A stretch of 64,000 bases of DNA from Ruditapes philippinarum (Eukaryota): NCBI RefSeq assembly GCF_026571515.1, contig NW_026865571.1, positions 1 to 64,000 on the forward strand, in the 5' to 3' direction. Below, piece by piece: positions 25,214 through 38,300 of the stretch. A program made the translations under genes and the position numbers. Within the stretch, counting starts at the first letter, position 1; each line of letters starts with the position of its first letter. A model generated the notes under the pieces. The model was not told the DNA's origin, did not search any database, and was given only the letters and a program-made list of their open reading frames with translations.

Positions 25214-26238
25214 AAACCTACCAACCAAACAAACAAAAAATATTTTTTTCTTATAGATCTACAAACTCATTAATTTCAAACGCCCGTTCGAAATGATATC
25301 CAGAATGCATGACGTGGCAATAATGATACATGTTATCGTACAAATAACACACAAATTTGACGGAATTGATTTGTAAATTGGTGCACATGATGTTCTCCAA
25401 TTCTTTAATATTTAAACGGAGACAATGGTATACATACATTTATTTTTAGAATACGCTCTAGATCTCAAACTTAATTAACTATCTATAATATGGTGGCGAA
25501 AAACTTATCATTCGAAACTGCCTCGGCTATTATCTATAATAACCTCGGAAACAATACGGATTGAAAGTAGTTCTACCACGTGGTTTACAGATGTAAACAG
25601 AAACAAAGATAATGTAAAACGAATGTATATATTTGACATCTAATGTCTGTTCCGGTACTCTTATGCTTGAAAATATGTCTGACAACAATTTGTAATTTAA
25701 ATATGCCCACCGATGTTCAATTTTAAAACAAATCCGACTAAATGTCAACAGGTTTGTTTTTTGTACTTTCGGTTTCTACGGCCATATTAATAAATATATA
25801 AAATAATGTATTGTTTGCTTTTTTGCCAATGAATTCACTTATTTTAGGTGAACTTTTACTACATATATTGGAAAAAAGCTTGTCAACAACTCCCGGGATT
25901 AAATTACTATTTGTTTACATGTTTAGTTTCTTAGCGTAGGTTAGACCGGGATACCGCATCCGTTCTGTGTATTCATACTATTGTGTTCGAGGTCCTTATC
26001 CGAAGACTGACGGAAAGGGCCGAGTAGTTGCGATTGAAAACGTATATAACTTTCTATAAGTCTATGCGTATTTATGCCTATAACTTGATTTTTCTAATTT
26101 GTTGTATTGTAAAGTGGTTTAATATAATGTATAAGTCCTAAAATGAAATATGACAGTCTAGATTTATATAATGATATTTTTACGTGTAAATTATACGATA
26201 CATTGACGTTAATTTTAACGGGAAACATATAGCCAACG

Positions 26239-26273
26239 TGACGTCATTTCCGATAACAAATCAAACAAAATGG
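26239..26273 (+). promoter_or_regulatory. Proximal promoter module (CRE + TCCG + AAACAAAATGG) of tetraspanin 1
   Basis: TGACGTCA-TTTCCG-n10-AAACAAAATGG, 50-85 bp before the ATG; the same module precedes the paralog (44636-44669). Confidence 0.5.
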
Positions 26274-26322
26274 CCGCGTAATAATGTATTTTTTAATTAA
26301 ACATGTGAACATTGTATAAAAT

Positions 26323-29300
26323 ATGGCCCTGTTAGCCTTAAAATTCAGCGAAGAGAAGCGCAGAAATCTTGCAATATTTATTGCAATATCACACTGGATG
26401 TGCATGCTACCAGCTTCCGTTTGTTTGCTTTTAGGAATATTAATTTACATAGATATATCGAACAAAATTTCGTTCATTGAAGACCACATTGGCAATGTGG
26501 TACCATTCTTTATTGCATTTTCAGGATTTTTTGGACTATTTTGTCACATATTTTGTGGGACAGTGGCATTTTCTAATAGAACATCTGTGAAGCAGGATAA
26601 ATGGAAGAAATTATTGCTGCCTGCATTAATCGCAACTGTTTTGCTCTTTCTTTTGGAACTCATCACTGGTATAATGTGTATAGTGCATTTCCAAGGTATG
26701 AAAGATTCCTTCATTACTGGCATAAAACGTGCAATGTCTTCCTACAAGGATCGCGTAACGGTCAAAGCAGAAGTTGACACGATGCAGATTTCATTTGAAT
26801 GTTGCGGTATAAGGTCATATAAAGATTGGTTCTATGTCACATGGATGCAGCCAGAGTTTGTTAGTTCGAAAAAGTCGCATGCAAGGTAATAGCAAAAAGA
26901 TTCGTTTGATAATATCATGATATCATAATTAAAAATTTCTTTATAGCGAGACAAACGCACTTTACCGGCCGTAAATTCCTTTAGCTAGCAATCTCTAATC
27001 TGGGCTATTCATTTTTGTTTATCATTTTATTGCTTATCTACTTCATATCATGGACTACTGTCCCTGAACCCCCGTTTTACTCTCACTAAATCTACTTGTT
27101 TCAATAAAAAAATGGCCGCCATATTTTTATTTCAGACATGCGCAATAAGCACCTCTACCGGTAAAATAAATGTTATCAAAGTCGTCCAGCTTGATTGCGT
27201 AATGAGCATGTAACTTCGTTATGATTTTTTATCTTATTTGTCTAAAAAAATAATGCAGTATTAGATATTTGCCATAAGGACATTTATAAATGATTACTAT
27301 TCGCAATACAAAATTCACTTACTGGCCAGCTTACAACAGAGACCTATCCTGCCAAAATCTTTAAAACTCGTAATTTTACGAAAATAAGTTACCATTCATC
27401 GAACTAAAATATGTAAAATAAAATGTAAATTACATCATCGTTTTTCAAAGAAACTTATTCGGTACACTTCCACAAAACGTATTCAAAAATAATTTCATGT
27501 TTTTGGGTTATTGATAAATTATTGTTGTACTTAATAGTTAAACATGAGAAAGTAATGCAAAAAAACGTGTTGTGTAATACATATATACAGGTGTAACTTT
27601 AGTTTCTATTTCTTTAGAATAGATTCCAGTGACATAATTATAGACGATGTGCCATTCAGCTGCTGCACCTCTCACGTGCTCCGCCCGTGCATTAATCATC
27701 ACGTGCATGACAACGCTCTTCACTTTAATTATGACTACCACGACAGTACTACATTATACAAGCACGGGTGCACGAACAAGCTGGTAGGGTTTTATGGGAA
27801 CCTTATATTGAAACGGACTGGAGCGCTGATGCTATTCTTGTCAGATATCCAGGTACCTGAACTTACTTCAACATTTACCATCTTTCTTTAAATAGTGTTT
27901 ATTTACACAAGTCAATAAAAACTCCGAAATGCATTAATACTACCTTTAATATATTATATCTCATCGGACTGAGAATAGCACAAACATATGATTTTCAATG
28001 TATTTCTTGTATATTTCTTTGTTATATTTTATTTATATTTCTATTTTAAGTGCTCATGTTTATCTATGTAAATAATTAAAATTTTATGTTTTTAGGTTTT
28101 GTAACACCGCACTTTGGGGTCAAACGCACTTTGGGGTCCAACCCCAAAGTGCGTTAAACTTCGCACCGCACTTTGGGGTCCAACGCACTTTGGGGTCAAA
28201 ATCGAGAAATTGACCCCAAAGTGCGTTAATATGCTACATATCAACGCACTTTGGGTTCAAGAGGTCTAAAGGTGTCATCTGAGTTCTGCTTAAATACTGA
28301 GTACTGACTTATTTTCTATCTGCGATATTGGAATATTTGGATGGAGTTCAAGATGGCGGTCAATACTTTATGATGCTTAAGTGATAAAAGTTTCATTAAT
28401 TTTACCACTTGAAATATCTAAAAATTGTGTTCATATAACAAAATTACGATGGCATAAAAGTGACATTTGCATTTTTTTGTTTTTAGTTTTGTATACATAT
28501 TTTATTTTAGTTTTGCATACATATTTTTCAGTTTTGCATACATATTTTTTTAGTCTTGCATTCATATTTTTTTTTGTTTTTCGTACATGTTTAATTTTTG
28601 TTTTTCATACATATTTTAGCCAGTCAAAACAGCCTTCAAATCTCATAACAGCCCATAGTTGAGTATAAAACTAGCACAGTGGTTTGGTCACATTTCGGCC
28701 CATTTTTGGAATCAGCCCAGTCGTTTTCGGCCGGGCAAGTCTGGTTTCGGCCGACCCTTTTCGGCCCATTTTTTTATATTATATGTATTTTATATAATTA
28801 TTGTTTTTATGATTATACTATTATATTAGTGTCTATTTGGAAAGGGCTGTTGATTGGTGATCAGTTATTATTCTATGAATATGCACCACTCAACCCCACC
28901 CCCTGAGAATTGAGAATTATAAAACTTAGGTGAATTCTTTAGCACATCCAGATAATGTGCAGAACTTATATGCCAGGTGTGCCGGCTCAAGATCGGGGTC
29001 ACACCTACAGGTCAAGGATAAAGACTTGGGTTCCATGTCCGCTCCTTATCTCCGAAACCCCATGAAGGATTTTAAGGCACCTTGTGACAAATGTTAACCA
29101 CATCGAGACCATATGCAAAACCTTTCTTTGTGTTACCGCGGACTATATATATACTATTTTTTTGATACCTCCAAAAATGAAAACGTTGGTACAAATGTAT
29201 TTGCAAATGGCAAATGGCATGTAATTTACAGACGGCGAAGTGTTTGAAAATGGTGTTTTACAAATGGTGTAATTATCCAAACCTCTACTTTGCAAATGGC

Positions 29301-32300
29301 GTCATGTAAGAATATGTACGAAAAAACAAAAATAAAATATGTACAAAAAAAACTAAAATAAAATATGTATGCAAACTAAAAAAGAATATGTATGCAAAAC
29401 TAAAAAAAGGTATATATTCAAAACTAAAAAAAATATGTACGACAAACAAACAAAAAATATGTACAAAAAACAAAACAAAAAGTATCAAAAAAATACAAAT
29501 GTCACTTTTATGCCACCGTTCAAAATACTCTAGAACAGAAATTGTGTATTCCTAGAATTAAAAGATACTGCTAAAATATTCCGTTCTGTCGGTCATTTAC
29601 TTGATAACTTTTGGTGCCATATTGAGCCCCATTTTAAATATGTTGGGAATGAAATAAAATTCAGTTAATATTTTTTCCAAAGAACTATAAATAAATTATA
29701 TTGCAATGTTCTGGTGAAACATCAAGTTTTTCGATCGGACTATAAATAGTGATTTTTACAAATACATTATTAAGCTTATCAACAAAACTTAAGGGTTTTT
29801 TGTAAGCTCCGTAACAACTGTTCGCCAGAGGCTTTTTTATGGAAAATCTTACATACTTCTTTAGAAAGAGCAAACATGAATTTTATAATGTTACAATAAT
29901 GGTATCAGAAAAATGTAAGATGCTTGTTACCTGAATAAAGTAGCGATAAATGTGAAATTATTTGTCATAAAAGAAGTCAAAACACTGTAGTATTTGACTT
30001 CCATATAAAATACTAATTCACTATAACTGTACTCATCATTGCCAAAAAGCAACAGATGAAAAATATGGTTCAGGTAATTGGCTAATGTGTATTTTTTTAA
30101 TAATATAGAAGAACATCAAAATAAAAAAGCTTTTAAGAAAAACAAATAAAAGCATAATGGGCCTTTAAAACATTATTTTTAACCCTGGGGGGTAGATACC
30201 CCACAATTCCCTCTATATCCCCAGTGAGAATTTTACATTATTCCGCTCTTAATGTGCGACTACTTAAACAGTTGATATAGTTAGAGTCCATCCGAGGGTA
30301 AAATACAAGAATCGTTCAGATAATTCTACAAGCAAACCACTTTGTATGTTAATAGTCTGATATCTTACCCATCAAATTTCATCGAGACCCCAAGCTCAAA
30401 ATCAATGTGGTTCCCAAAATTCAAAATGGCCGCCAAGATGGCGGCTGAATTTTCTTAAATATTCACATATTCTTTTTTCTATGTTTAAACTACCAAACTA
30501 GGATATTCTAATCTCTTTTGTTGAATATAAATATTGAACATAGAATGTTTTTTGTAAAATTCTTGATTTTTTATAAAAAAGAATTACATACAAAATTTTA
30601 AGCCATTTTTTAGTTGAAAAAAATATAAAAAAAATGATTTTTTATAACAAAAACAAAGTTTCAATTTTCCTTGTGCTTCAAATGAGCCTTCAAGTATATC
30701 AAACAACCATTAGTAAACTAGATTATAGTGTATTTTGCCATTTTAACAAAAGTTTGCTACACCTATCTCTATTTTCTTGTCTTCCTGGACGCGAATAGTG
30801 GGTGGGGTAAACAGACAAAAACTAATGACAAAAACTACTTTTGTTAACACAATAACTATATACATATATCTACATACTAATAGTGAAAATACATGACTAA
30901 CAAACACAGTTTGAAACCCTACTGATGCTTGGTGACATTGCAGATTTATTTATGTAAGTACAATTTTTCATTGTTACATATTTTCAAATAAGATAAAACA
31001 TAGCCACCCCACCCCATCCCCCCACCCTTTCATTGGTACCTGTGACATCATTTTCTAAAGTTAATCAAATTTTATTTGAGGTTTTGTTGCATTGTTACTA
31101 TAGTTCAATTGTTTTTTTTAATATTCTGGCTTTATATGAAGACCACTATAGTTTTCAATGCAATATTTTTGCTATACAGTAATATTAAAATCTTAGTTGT
31201 TTCCCTTTGTTACAAATACGCCATGAAATGTGCAGAAGAATACAAAATCTGAATGACAAACTAACATTATGTGATTGTTTCCCAATTTATTAAACCCTTG
31301 TAAGTTTGGTAAACAAACCATGTCAACCTTTTTTAAAGATTTAAATACAGTTTATCCCTATATATTTATCCCTAAAGGCTTACATCATCATTGCTTTGAA
31401 CTTGCATAAAAGTCGGATGAAGATAGTTCGGATGCATTTTTTTTCATTATCAATACAACATTTTTTTTTCAATAAACTCAATTTGAATTTAAATCAGGGA
31501 TGTCTGTGTTAACAACAAATAATGGCAAATTCTTTTTATTCCAGGATTTGAGCTTTGATGTGTGTCACATACTAACCAAATCTAACAAGATGTAACCTTG
31601 CAAATACTAACATTATTTACTAATACCATGTCATCGAAAAAGTTAAATTTGGTCCCCGTTGAAAGAAGTTGTTTACTCCCGTGCCAATCAGCAAGTTCTA
31701 AGGAAATTGACATAGACTGGGAAAAATGCATCCTGTGTCAACAGGAATCTGAAGATGCACTAGTTTGTCCGTTAATGAGTACAAAGAAAAATACAGATAC
31801 ACCTGTTGGTTATAAAACTATAGCTCATGATATTGAACGATTTGTTAAATCAGACATTTGCCCATTTAGACTTCACAGTTCACTTACAGATGATGAAGAG
31901 ATTGTTGTAAACTTACTTACTCAAAATAGTGCTAAATGGCACAAACTATGTAGAAATAAAATAGATTGTTACAAATATGATAGAGCCATAAAGCGTCAAG
32001 CATCTAGCTGCGCTTCTGGTGGAATACCTAAAAATTAACACGTTTAAGTAGTGGTGATGCTGCTGCCAAAATAGTTTATTTGTGTTTGTTTTGCAACAGT
32101 AACAATGGAAAATTGCGTAAGGTGTCCACACTAGAAATTGATCAGAAAATACGAACATGCGCTCTTGAAGTTCATGAAACGGTGCTTCAAGCAAAATTAA
32201 GTGCTGGAGATCTGATATCACAGGAAGCACAATGTCATTTAGAATGTTTATCTGCCCTGTATTACAAAGCATCTTCTATGAAGAAAGGATCTTCTGCAAA

Positions 32301-35300
32301 TACTGATTATTCACAGGCACACGGAATAGCTTTTGGTGAACTTGTGGCTTACATAGAAGAAACACAAAAAGTTACTGACTTTAAAGATATTCCCATCTTA
32401 AAACTGTTCGATCTAGCGAAATCATACAGTGTCTTGTATTACAAATGACATAACTTATAAAAAGGTCAATTCACCATATGTGAAAGAGCGTATTCACACA
32501 AGACTTCCATTTCTCGAGGCACATCGACATGGTAAGGAAGTTTTGCTGGTTCACAGGGAAAACATTGGTGAAATGATCAAAAGTGCATCTGAATATTCAT
32601 ATGATGAAGAGGGTATGTTGCTGACTAAAGCTGCAAATATAGTGCGAAGGGATATTCTTAAGAATGCAACAAAACCATTTCAGGGTGAATTTAATCAAAC
32701 AGTGACGATTCCCCAGTCACTAGTAACTCTTATTGCGACAATATTAGCCGGTTCAAGCATAGTTAATAAAGCAGATGATACATTGTTACAATCACAGAAA
32801 GTCACGAGTGTTTCTCAAATCATTGTTTATAATGTATCTGAAAGTAAAAATGCCCTTTCAAGTACATCTCATCATCTGAAAACAAGAGAAACTCATTTAC
32901 CAGTTTATTTGGGACTACTGATACATGCCGAAACGAGGAAGAGATCAATTATTGATAAATTCCATGCTCTAGGTGTTTGTATATCATACAAAAGACTGCT
33001 TGAAATTTCCACTAATATTGGCAATTATGTATCTGAGTGTTATGAGTCTGAGGGTATAGTGTGTCCACATTCATTGAAAATTGGTCTCTTCACTACATCT
33101 GCAGTCGACAATATTGACCACAATCCAACGTCTGTTACTGCAAAAGGGTCCTTCCATGGAACGGGTATATCAATATTTCAACACACCGAACATGATAAGC
33201 CCGGTATAAAGCGGCGTCTACATCCCTGGAATGAAATGAACTCCTCCTCAAAGTTCAAAATTAAAGAGCTTCCTGACTATTACTGCAGAGTTCCAAATGT
33301 TTCTGCAAAGCTGAAGGCAGATTGTCCTGAGCCGTGTGAGCCATTGACTACTCACAGTGACATTGAAAATGCTCTTGCCATAGAAAACAGGTACGCTAAC
33401 GTAGATCTTCATAAATTAATGCAGTCAGCTTAACAGACATAAGCATGCCTCCAGATTAAAGCTGATTTTTATGAAAATTTATAAAATGTAATAAAAAGTA
33501 AAGTATTTTCCAGTGAACAAAGAAAGTAATATATACATTGATATGATACTTAAAATCTACCAATATAGGCCTAATTGCGTTATTCGCGCATTTAAAATAT
33601 GATGATGTATAATCAGAAACAGTCATTTATTGCGTATCACATGTAATTTTTTTCCCGAATTGTGAATATTTTAATCTCTCTTAAGATCTAAATTCTTTTT
33701 TTTTTAAAGATGATTTTCTTGAAATGTTTAAGCTCATCTAGAGAAAGGCAGCTTTAACTTTTATTTAGTATTTTAACAATCTTACTGTCAGTTTGATTAA
33801 GAATCTCTGATTAAAATACTCACTGGCAAAAAAAAGATATTCAACCATATCAAAAAGTTATTTTTGATAAAATAATATATTAAACTCAAATGATTTTAAC
33901 TGTTGATACTTTGAACATGCATTGTAAGCAGTAATGTGCTGTCTTTTTTAAAATACTTAAGATAATACAGATTTAAAAGGATTCAAAGAAATACACTGTT
34001 TGATTATTTTCATTTATCTATCTGTCTTCAGTTGGTTAGACCATGTCAATTCTGTTGTAAAAGAAGATACAGAAGATAATAATATGTCATGGCCAGCGTT
34101 CCATGCAAATCGCATTGCGGAAACTTGTTCACCAATCAATCCTGGCATCAGTGCACTACTTCCACTATTCCCTGATCAAGCCAAGTCTGCTGCAATGATT
34201 CGCCATTCTATGACAGTTGTACAGAAAACAGTTCATTACTTAAATCCAGGTCAGATTCCTGTCATTGCAGCTGATCAGCCTTTATTTGCTTTAGCTAAGC
34301 AAATACAGTGGACATGGCCAAATGAATTTGATGAGGAGATGTTTGTCGTTATGTTTGGAGGCTTACACATCGAACTAGCTGCCCTGAAAACTATCGGAGA
34401 CCTGCTTGAAGATAGTGGTTGGAGTTCAGCACTCACACAGGCCAATATTGCTACTCCTGGTAGTGCAGATGCATTTGTGAAGGCAACCAATATAGCAAGA
34501 ACTAGGCATGCACACCAGATTACAGCAGCTGCCCTATATATGCTTCTAAAACAGCCATATAATGAGTATCTTGAATCATCCAGAGAACAAATTGGTCCTG
34601 AAATGTGTCTTGAAATTTGGAGTGAAATGCGAAAGCAGGAAAACCCAATGTTCTTATTTTGGTCGTTAATTTTGAAACTAGAGCTGATCATTTTTACTTT
34701 TGTTAGGTCACTTAGAGAAGGAAATTTTAATCTTTACATAAATTCTTTAAAGGCGTTGGTTCCCTGGTTCTTTGCCCTTGACCACAATCATTATGCCAGA
34801 TGGATTCCAATACATATCAAGGACATGCTCCTTCTTAGCAAAACCGCACCTGAGGTTGCTTCAGAGTTTGAAAAAGGGCACTTCTGTCTGAAGAAAACAG
34901 AGAGTAGATTTTCCTCAATACCGCTTGATCATGCCCATGAGCAAAATAATAAGTTGATTAAAGATGACGGCGGCGCAGTTGGCTTGACAGAGAATCCAAC
35001 GCAACTTCTACGTTGGATGCTGTGTGGTCCTGAAATAGCAAGGTTAGTTCATGAGTTTGAAGACCTAACAATCACCCCTACTACTGAAAACAGTTTTAAA
35101 CACCACGAGCAAACAAAAAGCGTGCAGGCTACTTTTAGGCAACAAGTGAATGACCTTGTTTCTGTTATTCAAAACTTAGGGAATCCATTTTCAGAGTATT
35201 CTAAAGATTTGCTTGTTCTAGATACAAGAGATATTGTAGATTCCGGCGTATCAGACAGCATTCGAAGTATGAGTACTTTAGGTAAACAGCAGTATGAGAC

Positions 35301-38300
35301 ATATGTGCATGAAAGACTTGAAACCAAGTCCAAATCAGTGATGGACACAATAAAACAGAACAAATTACCTTTATTTAGCAGACCTAAAAAACGCAAACTT
35401 ACAAGGCAAAAACTTGAAGTCTCATCCTTAAAAGAGAACTGTGCCCTTTTCTCACGCCTGTATGTGTCCTGCCAGGTTAGAAATGGTGACCTTAGTGAAT
35501 TTTTCTCACATGAAAATAGCAGCTATCCACCATCTTTGTCCATGTTTGGAGATTTACGCTCTGGGAAAAAATCAGATTTGCTGATGTGTTTGGAAAATTA
35601 CTGCAATGTAACAGCTTATGAAAAACCTGTTGTTGATGCACTACTGATTGATGGTGCGGCTATCATCAACATGCTGAAACCTCAAGAATCTAAAACATTT
35701 GCCGATTACGCTGAACATGTGTTTCTCCCATACCTTCAGATACTACTAAGTCATGTCCGTAGGGTTGATGTTATTTGGGATAGATATGTTCAAAACAGCC
35801 TAAAAGAAGGAGCAAGACAGAAACGTGGTGTTGGAGTGCGCCGAAGAGTGTCACCCGAGACAATGATTCCATCCAACTGGGAATCATTTCTTAGACATGA
35901 TGACAACAAGTCTGAGTTATTTGAATTTTTAGCCACTAGGATTAGTAACTTAAGTATAACAGATGAAAAGTATGTTATATCAACAAAGGGTGTTGATGTA
36001 ATAGCAACATCTGAAATTAGTAATGTATCATCCATTGCTCCTTATTCACATGAGGAAGCTGACACAAGGCTCATTCTTCATACAGCTCATGTTGGAAAGT
36101 CTGGAATAAAAAGCGCAATGATTAAAACAGTTGACACTGATGTAGTTATTCTTGCTGTGGGGATGTTCCAGGAGTGTGAAGTTGATAAATTGTGGGTTGA
36201 ATTTGGCACCGGAAGAACCCTTCGATATATTCCAATTCATACACTAGTTGAAAAAATTGGTCAAGACAAAGCAAAGGCCTTACCAGGGTTCCATGCATTT
36301 ACTGGCTGCGACCAGGTATCAGCATTTAGTGGCAGAGGGAAGCAGACAGCATGGAAAACTTTAGAATCTATGCCTGAATCAATACAGACATTCAAGACTT
36401 TAGGGAGCATGCCAAGTGACACTGACATTGCTGAAAACATGACAACTGTTGAACGATTTGTTGTTCTTTTGTATGATCGGTCAAGCGAATGCCAAACAAC
36501 AAATGATGCTCGACAGGAACTTTTCACACATAAAGGCCGCTCCATTGATTCTATTCCACCAACATCAGCGGCTCTCTATCAGCACACACGACGTGCTGTG
36601 TATCAAGCAGGTTATTGCTGGGGACAATCTCTTAATCCCTCGCCAACACTGCCCTCTCCATCTGAGTACGGCTGGACAAAAAAAGCTGATGAGATGTGTC
36701 CTTGGCAGCCTCTGTGGACAAATTTGTTGCCAGCAGCAAAATCGTGCATGGAACTATTAAAGTGTAGCTGTAACAAGGAGAAGGGCTGTCGCGGAAGATG
36801 TAAATGTGTAAAAGCTGACCTGCCCTGCACAGCGTTATGTAAATGTAACGGCTGCTGTGACAGGCTATGAAATGTTAAAAAGTTTGTTAAATATCATTAA
36901 TTGATCTTAAAATGTTACATTGTATTTTGTTGAATATACGTATTAAACCGAGAAACTGACCCTATTTATAGTTGAAATTTGTCATTTTATTGACGTTTAT
37001 AGTAAAAATTTGTCATAAAATTGTCTCTTCTTGAACAAGTCTTTAGTGGTCACAGTATAAAATATTGATTATTAACTATTAAGATTAATCTTTTAAACTT
37101 GGTTTTATTCAGGGTACTAAGGTTAAGTCCAAAATGTCGTAAAATTTGTGAATGAGTCATTAAATGCAAAACCATAAAAATCCTACACTTGTGACCATTT
37201 AACCGCAATTTCTTTAGTCAAAAATTATGTACAACTCTTCCTTTTGTTTAAAACACATAAGAATAATATTTTAATCTAGGTTTTGCATTATATTTAAAGC
37301 TAATGTATATATACTTAAGGATATTTCAAAATACCGGATTTTGGCGGCCATCTTGGCGGCCATTTTGAATTTTGGCCGCCATTTTGATTTTTAGGCTGGG
37401 GTCTCGATCCATATCAGCTACAAAGACATCAAACTAGAATAATCCAAAGTGGTTTGCTTGTAGAATGAATAGAACGATTATATGTACTTTGACTCTAACT
37501 AATATCTTTAGTATTGCCTGTACGGACTACTACTTAAAGCCGCATCTACACCTAGTCAAGTTTCTTATATGTCACATTTAGCTAAATAAATGGCTCTTTC
37601 AACATATTATTAGGCACATTTTTTACTGAATTGTCTTACTAAGATTTCCCAGAATTTATCCCTTTGTCTATGCTAAGACTATCATATTTCTATAAAATGT
37701 GTAAATAAATTAATGAAAGGTGTACATTCTTTTAAAATAAATGGAACATTTGAGAAAAAAATATTTTAAGCTTAATAATTGATACAAATTCTTTATTTGG
37801 TGATTTATTTGGTGAAAGTTCTTCACTTACTTATCAAGACCATTTAAATCCCTATTGATTCTACTATAATTCAGGGCACATGTTTGTGTCTATTTAATAC
37901 CCTGACTTTTTGTTTACCATTGGCTTTGACTACAATATATTATTTAAAACATAATGAACATTAATTTTCTATGACCCCAAAGTGCGGTCGTTTGCCTGAT
38001 GTTAAAAAATGCATATGTACCTGTTTAACGCACTTTGGGGTCGAAATTGGACCCCAAAGTGCGTAACGCACTCTGGGGTCGGACCCCAAAGTACGTAACG
38101 CACTTTGGGGTCGGACCCCAAAGTGCGTTTGACCCTAAAGTGCGGTGTTACAAGGCTTATAAACCTTAGTTGTGTTCCTTTAAAGGGAGACACAGTCAAA
38201 ATTTTCATTTCTTCCTTTTAAATGTTTCATTCATTATTCTGTAAATGTACTAAAAATCAATACACTATAGGCAGTCACAGGAACAAAACTTTTCTCCTTA

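Larger units (their letters stand above)
28100..38152. mobile_element. Non-autonomous TGT...ACA DNA transposon with arrays of 14-bp end repeats; host of two nested insertions
   Basis: ~58-bp TIR TGTAACACCGCACTTT(G/A)GGGTCAAACGCACTTTGGGGTCC..; 7 left and 8 right copies of CGCACTTTGGGGTC in both orientations; flanks AGGTTT / AGGCTT; insertion-free sister copy at 42426-43627. Confidence 0.85.

Noticed and set aside
31598-33433. Three separate genes or programmed frameshifting in the Academ 5' region
   Set aside because: The segments are consecutive parts of one transposase broken by small indels; no slippery-site plus structure evidence.
34275-36830. Antisense and overlapping ORFs in Academ (likewise in pogo, esterase and tetraspanin exons)
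   Set aside because: Shadow ORFs of long coding frames with no independent motifs.
37970-38152. CRISPR-like short repeats CGCACTTTGGGGTC
   Set aside because: Mixed orientation, mostly very short or irregular spacers; they are transposon end repeats mirrored at 28100-28260.
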